The notes under the pieces: generated by a model
The model's database searches: none
Told to the model about the DNA's origin: nothing
What the model saw: only the letters and a program-made list of their open reading frames with translations
DNA from: Lingula anatina
Lineage: Eukaryota; Animalia; Brachiopoda
Direction of reading: 5' to 3'
Length of the DNA: 64,000 nt
Assembly: GCA_051362555.1 (NCBI GenBank)
Contig: CM120648.1
Span: forward strand, 4,150,587 to 4,214,586
Translations under genes and position numbers: made by a program
Part shown: in pieces, positions 24,820 to 34,200 of the stretch
Layout of the letters: every line of letters starts with the position of its first letter
Numbering within the stretch: position 1 is the stretch's first letter

Positions 24820-25194
24820 CAAAAGGAGATCATCTTATGACACCAGAGATAGAGGCTGTCATGAACATCAAGTACCACAGGAACAAACTAGCACATAGAA
24901 ATACCACCGTCACGAAAGAGCAGGAGCTTGAAAATCTGTGGAGCGCTGTTGGTCCCAATGTCGTCACAATTGGTATCGATAAACAAGAAGAGGGTGCCAT
25001 AACCTCTATTTTGGCATCCCGAACTTTTTGTTCATCGATACCAAGCGTGACGATACTGGGGGCAACAGCGCTCCACAGATTTTCAAACTCCTGCTCTTTC
25101 GTGACGGTGGTATTTCTATGTGCTAGTTTGTTCCTGTGGTACTTGATGTTCATGATAGCCTCTATTTCTGGTGTCATAAGAGGATCTCCTTTTG
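24820..25194. repeat. Long inverted duplication (171-bp arms) of the HEPN C-terminal coding region
   Basis: 24820-24990 pairs with 25024-25194, with 12 mismatches by manual count and no indels. A 68-bp perfect core lies at 24859-24926. The spacer is 33 nt and partly self-pairing. Confidence 0.95.
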
Positions 25195-25543
25195 CTTTAG
25201 CTTCATGTGGGCAATTCCAACCACACCATTTGGCCGGGACAGTAGGATGAAATTGACGGATCAGAAAAAAGAGCAGCGTTACGTCCCAGTCCTGTAGTTT
25301 TGGTGTGCATCGGTTGTTTGATGGGAAAAGTTGTTCGTATTGTGATTTGTGAAGCAATTTTTTCATTTTACTTCCCTTATTTCCTTTGCATGCTTTCCAG
25401 ATATTCTGTTTATGACGTGCCAGAAACTGTTCCAATGCCTCTCCATTCTCCAGAATCGTAGTACAGAAATAGTGCCGAAGTGCATCCGCTCCTAAGTCCA
25501 CTACCAAATAAGCAAGACGAGCGAATTTACTGTCGATAATCAT
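24830..25543 (-). CDS. Stand-alone DZIP3-like HEPN domain protein (predicted RNase), 237 aa
   Basis: Acceptor TTTCAG|G then ATG at 25543. The motifs QYEQLFP, DWDVTLLFFLIR, GW, IEAIMNIKYHRNKLAH (RxxxxH) and FENLWSAV..LG fit the HEPN_DZIP3 pattern as I recall it. The last ~53 aa are read from an inverted duplicate. Confidence 0.72.
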   Translation of the reverse strand: MIIDSKFARLAYLVVDLGADALRHYFCTTILENGEALEQFLARHKQNIWKACKGNKGSKMKKLLHKSQYEQLFPSNNRCTPKLQDWDVTLLFFLIRQFHPTVPAKWCGWNCPHEAKAKGDPLMTPEIEAIMNIKYHRNKLAHRNTTVTKEQEFENLWSAVAPSIVTLGIDEQKVRDAKIEVMAPSSCLSIPIVTTLGPTALHRFSSSCSFVTVVFLCASLFLWYLMFMTASISGVIR

Positions 25544-27362
25544 CCTGAAATTGAAAACAGCAAAAGTGTCACATTGTCTGATATGGATATCTAGGTCAAC
25601 AAACAAATATGGTAATAGTCGTCACTATTTAAGCCTGTAATCTAAAGTAGCAAAATGGAGGCTATGATATGTTTGTACTCAAGAATGCACAGAAACGACC
25701 ACTTGATAGAAATGAAAGTTTTTTTTAAGTTAAGAAGATGCATGTAAAAAGATTCTAGGTGGAACAGGTTGTTTTAGACTCCATTAATGGAAATGTACAT
25801 CGAGCTGAAATTGGTAAAAAGCGACAAATATAAAGAATTATATAAGATCCTCCTTTAAGGCCTGGCTAGATCTTTTAGATCATAAACTGTCAGTACAGAG
25901 ATGGTTTTCTAAAATACTGCATTCGGTCTAATGATAGAATACTGATAGATAAAAGAACAGATGTGATGAAAGGTGGCACGGATCAGGCATCATTTACATA
26001 AATGACTTCATAAATGAAAAGGAAGAAAATCTTAATTTCAGTCAATTTACACAAAAAAAACTGGGAATATCACAGATTTTGTTACATTTCGTGGTGTTAT
26101 GATTGCTGTATGAAAATGCCAAAAGAAGTTTGATATTGAATTGATAAGAAGGAAAATGTAGAGTATCCATTTCTGCCTACACAAATATCCTGGTTGATAA
26201 AAACATTTCACAGATGGTATTCTATATCACTTTTATGTATTTACTTTCATATTGTGAAAAAGCAGTATTTTTAAAAATATTAAAAACTTGCATAAAACAA
26301 AGATAACACCCGAATGTAAGAATCACAAACGAAGACAGGAATTAAAATTAATTTCCACAGAGCCGATTGTACGTGCTTTCACTTTCAGCCAGCTTTAATT
26401 AAGCTTACAGGGCTTGACAACAAGAACAATATTAATACTGAGCTAGTTACGTTGTACTTGAACAATTTAAACAAAGGCACAGGTAGACTTACCTTCAATC
26501 TAAATTTCAGTAAACCTTTTTTTTCACAAGGACTGGCGTTTACCTCAATCTTCTAGAAATTCTCTACAGTTTGTGTACACCCTCGTCGACGACTGGACTT
26601 ACAGGGTTTTGTTTAAAAACTTCGCCCGAAGAAGTTTTCCTTTCTCATGTGGAACCTTCCAGCTGTTAACGTCGATTTGACGTCGATCAGAAGTATGAAG
26701 ATATATATATATATATATACGACTGCTGACTCAGCTAGTTTCCTTATCGTGCCAATGTTTGAATTTGTTCAGATAAAGCTTGGACCCACTCTTCAAATAT
26801 TAGGTCATGGGCCAAAGATAGTATCGTCGAAAATTCCTAATTTATGTTTGCGCTGAAAAACATTGTGAACGTCACTATAACCGTTTTGGTATTGAGCTAT
26901 TGAGTACCTGTGGCATACACTTTTTCTTGGTTTGGCATTAGGTTTATTACGATAGTGATCTTTTTCAATATGAGTAGGTAATTTAAAGCTTTGGTCAGAG
27001 AAGTATTTTCCAGACTTTGGTTATTTGTCCAAGTTTTTATTTTTAAAAAAAGTCTTTTTGGCGTAGGTTTGACCTTAACTTGCCATTGCGAATACCTTCT
27101 CGGCAATATTCCCATTGCATTAGACGAAAAAAGGAAAAAAAAAAACGATATGAAAATAGTTGGCCTGTCATATGGGAATGCCGACCCTTCGTCAGCGCCA
27201 AAAATAACTAGGCCTACAAGGTATTATCGTCTTCTCTATCGCAATACAACTGTACTTCCGTTGCTCTTGTGAATTGATAGATTGATATTCCTTATCTATT
27301 TTTGACCTCATGTTAGCAATTTTCTAATTTTCTAAGCGCCCTTGGAAATATACTAACATGAA

Positions 27363-27530
27363 CAGGGGCGTATTCAGAGCTATTTTCTGACAGTCTTCCA
27401 AATTATCTTTGTTGATCCATCCTCCAATTTTTATCGTCTTCCAACAGAAAAAATTAGATACCTGTCAACGTTAACTTGAAAATCTGACCGTCTTCTGGAA
27501 GACCCAGAAGACGGCCTAAATCCACCCCTA
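27363..27530. mobile_element. Short hAT-like MITE, same family as 52981-53145 in opposite orientation
   Basis: Termini CAGGGGCGTATT...AATCCACCCCTA; the internal sequence is the reverse complement of 52981-53145. Confidence 0.7.
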
Positions 27531-27644
27531 CATGGCCTCCCATTCCCAATTCAGACCTAAAAAAAAAAAAAAAAAAAAAAAAACGACAACCCCCCTCAAA
27601 TAAAGTACGTAACCCCTACATGGCCTCCCATTCCCAATTCAGAC

Positions 27645-27699
<55 letters not shown>

Positions 27700-27727
27700 G
27701 ACAACCCCCCTCAAATTAAGTACGTAA
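27525..27727. repeat. Tandem duplication of a poly(A)-containing unit
   Basis: CCCCTACATGGCCTCCCATTCCCAATTCAGACCT-An-CGACAACCCCCCTCAAAT(A/T)AAGTACGTAA occurs twice, with different A-tract lengths. Confidence 0.85.
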
Positions 27728-28569
27728 TGATGATTTTTTTCTTTTGATTTGATAATGCCAGGAAGACGATAGCGTTCTAAAATAACCCAGGTTTAGAGAT
27801 GTAATCGAGTCATTAAGTTAGATAAGGTATAAGTCGTCGAATCCAAGTGCAGGGGAATGTTTCATGGAATTGAGACTTTTTCGAGGAAAATTAGATTCGG
27901 TACGAAAATCTTAATTATATAGGATTCAACTTAACAACTTAACACAAAATTCTATTTTAGCAGATAGTATTATTTTTATCATCGTCAACGCTACATTTTC
28001 TTAAGGCAGCGAGTTTAATATGTGTCTATTGTTACTTTCATTTCTTTTGTAACCTCCGGGTATTTTTCTAAATTGTGTGGTTGTTTGTGCATGGGAAGGG
28101 GCAGGGGGGGGCGAAATCCCGGATGGACAACTTAACTTCAAAAATTTTTATATGTCATTTGGAGAGATGGCGGCCTACGGACACAAAAAAGGCGCTCAGT
28201 AATCATGGCTGCCAACTGATCAGCTGAACTGAGAGCGCACTGCAATCAATGGAAGGGTGGCCACTTTACCTGGCGACCAGACCTCAAGTATTCTCTCTGA
28301 AGCAATGCAATCAAGGTTCTTTCCACAAACTTGTGATCTTGATCGCAGATTCGTGTTAAGCAACAGTTCAAGTACAAAGCAAATTATAATTTTCAGTCGG
28401 CTGACTTCATGAAACCCACCAAGACTCGGACGCTATATTGAAGAGACCTGTAGGTGGGGATGAGGGTTCGGGAGCATCTTCCTTTAGGCCACAAAAGGCC
28501 CGCTTAAAAACAAAAACTCAGTTGGGTTACATTCCATTTATCAAGTTTAGTTAACTACGGGGGTGTTAA

Positions 28570-28905
28570 GGGATAATAACTCTTCGTTTTGGCCAAAAAA
28601 ATTAATTTTCCTGGAGTAAACAACAATTTTCCCATACTTACCAATGTTTAATGAATCCATTTTTATATTCAAAGTTAGTCCCTGTTTTTTTCTAAAAAGT
28701 TTGGCTTTCTGTTAAAATATCTTAGAAGATTATAACAGAGTATAGCCATCAATGGAGGTCACGTGATCTGAAGACAAGCTCAGATATCAGAATAATAGCT
28801 ATAACTGCTCTTTTTGTGGTAAAACAGAATATATCATATTTCTATGAGTTATTCACAATGTTTTTATTGTGAAATATAGACCTCATAAGAAGAGTTATTA
28901 TCCCT
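28570..28905. mobile_element. Kolobok-like MITE with TTAA flanks
   Basis: TTAA|GGGATAATAACTCTTC ... GAAGAGTTATTATCCCT|TTAA. Confidence 0.7.
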
Positions 28906-29662
28906 TTAAGGTTAAATTTTATAAGATAAATACTACATTGGTTATTTTGTCCATTATCAAACACAGCCACTTGCAAATCTAGCTCTAATTTTTAATGCAT
29001 TACAACATGTTCTGTGTTTTAATAAGAGTTTTGCATTGGAAACATACTTTTTATTCGTCTTAGTTTAAGATAAGCTTTTTAAAAACACATCGCTGGTTTA
29101 AACATGAATGTGTGCGCGGTCACGATGCAATTTTGCAGGAGAACATCATATTAAAATACATTTGGCCATTAAATTGTCTATATAACCTTCTGAACCAGAT
29201 TGTTAAGTTCAATATCACAATTATCTACCCTTAACATACAACAGGTATTTATTACACCTAGCTAAACGGCCGTTCTTTTCAAATGGAGGGTCGTCATCAG
29301 TACCCCCATACATTTCATTTCGTAAGTCCATAGACAACCACTTACAGTCTAACTCTGATTTTTAATGCATCAAGCATGTTTTGCATCTTAAAAAGGTGCA
29401 GTTGTAAATTAGTTGCTTTAAATGGGATTTTAAAAACAACTGTTATGCATGAACAGGAGCGATGCCATATCTCAGCTTTCCAAACGGTCATTACTTATAC
29501 ATTTTAGCTATCAAATTGCCCATGTAAACTTCTGTACCAAATTGTAAAGGTCAGCATTACAATTAACCAGCTTACAAACTATGAGACACTTATTACTTCT
29601 AGTTAAACGACCATTCCGTTCCAATGAGGTGTCGTCATCGTAATCACCATACATTTCATATG

Positions 29663-29873
29663 TCAGGCCCGTAGGCAAAGGGGGGGGGGGGGTCACAGTA
29701 ACTACCCTTTTGGTCATAAATTAAGGGTCCGCGCTGAATCAAAATCAAAATTGATCTACAGTGTGCTGTAGGTTCTATGCCATTTCCCGTGTTTAGAAGT
29801 TGTTAAATTAAGACCCAATTTTTCAGAAGAAAAAAAAAAGAATCCCCTCTTGAAATCGAAGGCTACATGCCTG
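29663..29873. mobile_element. Short hAT-like MITE in a degenerate ~350-bp tandem repeat
   Basis: Termini CAGGCCCGTAG...CTACATGCCTG. It interrupts a unit whose uninterrupted copy lies near 29260-29335. Confidence 0.5.
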
Positions 29874-31283
29874 TGAGTTCTAGTGCACAAAATGCATTAA
29901 TGACTGTTGCACTTAAAGGGCACCTCTGCTCTAATAAGGGGTCATCAACGTATCTTTGTATTCATCGCCACATCAGAGGGGTTACCGACACTGAACGCTC
30001 AGATGTGACCCTATGATAAGGTGTGAACTAATGTCTTGTTGTTCGTCATTAATTCTTTTAGTCTCTCACTAATACACTTGGCCCGTGTTCGGAAGGGATT
30101 TGACATGAAGCGGTTTGAGTTTTAACTTGAACTGCGGACGCTTGATCGGATCAGTGTTTTAAGCTTGGTGTTCCTTCTTTGATCAATAAATTAAAGGTAC
30201 TCTATCCGGATTTTCGCGTCAAATCGTATTTCTCCCTAAAAAGCCATTTTGGTCGACTAATGAATCATTGCTACCAGACCCGTACGTCCTTTCACTTGGA
30301 TGTTTTGTTTTATACCATCTCTAATTAGGTAATTCAGTTCTAAATGTCTGGTCAGTCGTTAGGAACTACATGTCTTCCTGTGCATTTTAGAGGGAAATAT
30401 CGACATTATAAACTAAAGTACTATTGTTTAAGGGGTTTCATTGTTTAAGATCTGAGCTAGGAGAGATAAGTAGTCTTGTAGGGTATGTAGACATGAAAAA
30501 TATGACTGTGGGGCATTTTCAAACGAGCACAGTTTACGTAATGATAGACCTAAGAGGCAGAACGAGCGGAGATTGGGTTTAAGGAATGGCTATTGCACCC
30601 TGCGGTCAAAAAATGGGGGCTTGCAACCATGCACAGCGTCTACTGGCAAAATGAGACATAAATTTGCTTTGTGTTTAATATTTCGGCCATTTCCTGGTAC
30701 ACATTTCTTACAAGGTAAAATTTGTTGTGTAGACATGATATTGATATAAGAATAACATGGCATCGTGGACAGATCTACGCATGCGCATATCATTGCCTTC
30801 TGCAAGCCCGCGATAATTCCAGAATGATTTCATCATTTGAGGACAAACATTATCACATATTACCATAACTTATCTCTTCTCACATATTTGAACTGCTCAC
30901 AAGGTAGTTTCATAAGCATTAATTGCACTCCTTTATTTTACATTTTCAACCAAATCCAGCCAATCCTGACATATAAACAGAGTTTTCTATCTTGATGGTG
31001 TGGTGATGCATGATAAACGTGTAGGTTGTGCCAGTGTGTTGGATGTGATATTGCACTAGGTGTGAAAGGACAAATATATTACCTGGCGTACATTACTAAA
31101 TATTCAGCTGCTATTCGTTCAAGTTTTAAAACAATTCAAAGTGATCTGCTAATAATTGTGACAATATTATGCCCCACAGAACAGTCTGTTGCTATGTATG
31201 GAATATATTATGTTTGATTTCAGGTAATAATGAACGCATATTAGAACAATTATTCTAGATATGTTTTAATTGTTGTCAGGTCT

Positions 31284-34200
31284 TTAAACATAACATGATT
31301 TTGGTCTCAGTTTTTTACTTTTTAACGAGCTGTCATCACGAAATTCCCCATCCATAACTTTGGAGTCTCGTGGGGAATTGCTCGGTGCACCGTCTGGCGG
31401 CGAACGCTCACTCCAAGGAGGAACGAAAACATCTTCGAAATCGTCGTCCGCTACGTCAAACGGTTGCCGTGCACGGTTTTCGAAATACCCCTCCTGCTGA
31501 CAAAGAACTGAGTCCTTAGATGCCGAAGGCTGCGTCCACATATCTGCCTCGTAGCGAAATTTAGTGGCCTCGTACTGTGGTTCACAGTCAGACGAAGTTA
31601 TATCAGGAGAGCTATAAGTCTTCTTTGAAAGAGGCTCGTTTCTCTTGCTGTGAAATTTTCTCGTCGATGTTTTGAATCTTGTCTTTGAAGTTGCCCCGTC
31701 ATTGATAGCGGGTGTTTCCATTTTACTGCCCTCGGGTGATTTCTTTTGCTTTCCCTTATGCAGTAATTGCAAACACCTATTCGTAAACGAGCGCGCCTGT
31801 TCGGCAAAGTTCCGCGGTTTCTCCATGTGTAGTTCATATTTAGAACAATACCTAGGCTGGTCAAGCGGTTCCTGGCTCTGATAAATATTATCCTGGCTTT
31901 CAGTAATCACAGAAATAACTTTATTAGTGGGGAGGATTGAGCGCCGAGGTCGTGGACTGTACGTCTCGGGACTCAGCAGGCTGGTCTTTCGTACCTCTGC
32001 GGGGCTGACAGGTGCGTGTTGCTCCCCACTAAGTATCGGATCCGGTGCCGCCGACTGAAGAGCCTCGAGCTCACGCCGGCCCACTTGAAATTTGTCTTGC
32101 TCTTGCACGTTGCTCTCAAGCTCGTTATTCCTCATCTCTGGGCTGCTTTTATATCTCTGGCGAATTTTTTCGATTCTTTGAGAATCCCGTGCGACGAATT
32201 TCTCTAGTTCGCATGCGTTTGGTTGTGTTGCGGCGTTTAGCCTGAATTCTCGAGAGAATGAGGGACCGAGGGTTTTCATTTTCTCTTTTTGGAAGAAGTC
32301 CTCTGTCGGCAGCCACGGTCGGCGAGGGTAGTTTGAAATGGTTGTTGTGTGTCGCCTAAACAAGCGCTGGGGGTTGGGAGGCTGTTGTGGTCGGCTCCGC
32401 GTGTACTGTTCCAGTTTTTCGACGTCACACGTGCCCTTGTGAGGCATGTGACACGCGGTAGTTTGTGAACGTGGAGGTGCCGTGACTCTCGCTCCTTGAT
32501 CCTCGAACCGTTTGCTTGTCTGCGTGCTGGTAGAGCGAAGAAAGGGAGGGAGGTCATCCTTGGCTCTCACCCGACACAACGTCTCAATCGCGTCTGTCAC
32601 ACCTAACGCATCGTCTTTAGATCTGACCCGATTCAGTGACCCGACAGTCTCTTTTTCAAGTAAAACATCTGAATTCTTCAGTCTTGGTCTACTATCCATG
32701 CTCTTGGCTCGGCGACGCCTTTCAATTGTATCGACTTCGTCCAGGCCGCAATTTTGTTTTTTATTAACCCTTTCTACTGGACTCTCTGATTTGTTTCTCG
32801 TCTTATCTTTATACTTATCAAAGTTCGGAAGCTGCAACTGTGAGAATTTGTAGATATTCTCTATACTTCCAGAGGTGTTTAGATCTTTCAAGTGTTTCAC
32901 CATTTGATCGAGCATAGTGTTCAGGTGATCACCTGGACTGGCCGGGCTGGGGGGATCCTTTTCAGTTCTCAGCTTCTGGGAGGCGTGATTTCCAGGAGTG
33001 GTGGGACTCGAAGTAGAATCTGGCTTAGTTCGCAATTGACTGGAGCAGTCTAAAGGCTGCAACTTCGGTCGCAGTTTGGCGGAGGAGTATTGTGCGTCAC
33101 GTTTTTTCTCGTCCACCTTTCGCGAGTTACTTTTAGCTGCCTGTCGTGCAGCTGCACTTCCGTGCATGTTAACGTTGTCTTTGCGTTTATGTAAAGATCT
33201 TCCTCGGTCCAGCACCTCGTTCTCGTGCACCTTCTTATCAGAAGTCACTGCGCGCTCGGAAACGTCACGTTGGGACACCCCGCGCTTGGACATTTTGTCG
33301 TACACCACTGTACGCAGGTAAACGTCGGAAGTGTCCGCAGAGTCTGATGATGACGACGTAGATGTGCTGTCAGTGTTCTCACTGGATGAGGACAAGTTCG
33401 ACCTTGGCTTCGGCATATTATTAAGGTGTTCCGACGAACGTCGCACTTGTGAATTTTCAAAGAACGCCTGCGTTGAGACACTTTTCACCTTAGAGTGACT
33501 TACGTCGGGGCCCGTGTCTCCACTTGTGGCTGAATCGCTTTTACTTCTTTTGCGGTTTTCTTTAAATGGAGTCTTAATTATGTTGAGGTCTGATGCACAG
33601 CTATTCCGAGGGCCGTTATCAGAAAATTTGTGTTTTAATTTAGCTTCTCGATGGGTGCACGCAGTGTTTGTACAACCTCTGCTGGCACAGTCAGTGTCTT
33701 CATTTTGACTCGGTCCCCGGTTTAGCACAGTAACGTTTTTGTCATATGCGCTTTTAATAGTGTCCGGTACTAAACGCTCGTTGGTATCACCTGTGTTATC
33801 CTTATGCACATTTACGTTAAAATCTGAACGGTTCTTGTCTTTTCCATCATGCACGCTGTCTTCACGTGGATATGCTTTTAAATCTGAGCGATTTTTGTTG
33901 TCTACTGGACGATCTTTACTGGGAATGAAATGTGCGTCTACACGATGAATGTCTCTATTTACTGTACCGCTCGTCTCCTCTCTAAACGACTTTGATTCAT
34001 CAGTCTGTGTTACGAGAGGGACCCAAATTGGTTCAGTCTCGGTATGACCTGCGAACTTCGACCTACAATGGCTGATATTGGTTTTCAGATCGAGGTTTCT
34101 TCGTGGGGTGGACCTGATTCCATCTGCGACAAAACGACTTCCTGTACTGTGTCGTCTATCTCCAAAATGGTTTTCGTCACGACTAGCTGCAATCACAGGC

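Noticed and set aside
24792-25250. Separate plus-strand 152-aa HEPN gene
   Set aside because: It is the mirror ORF produced by the inverted duplication and lacks the N-terminal two thirds of the domain.
28271-28446. Exon-like segment on the minus strand (CTACAG ... CAG|GTAAAG)
   Set aside because: No recognisable peptide, and it cannot be assigned to a gene without transcript data.
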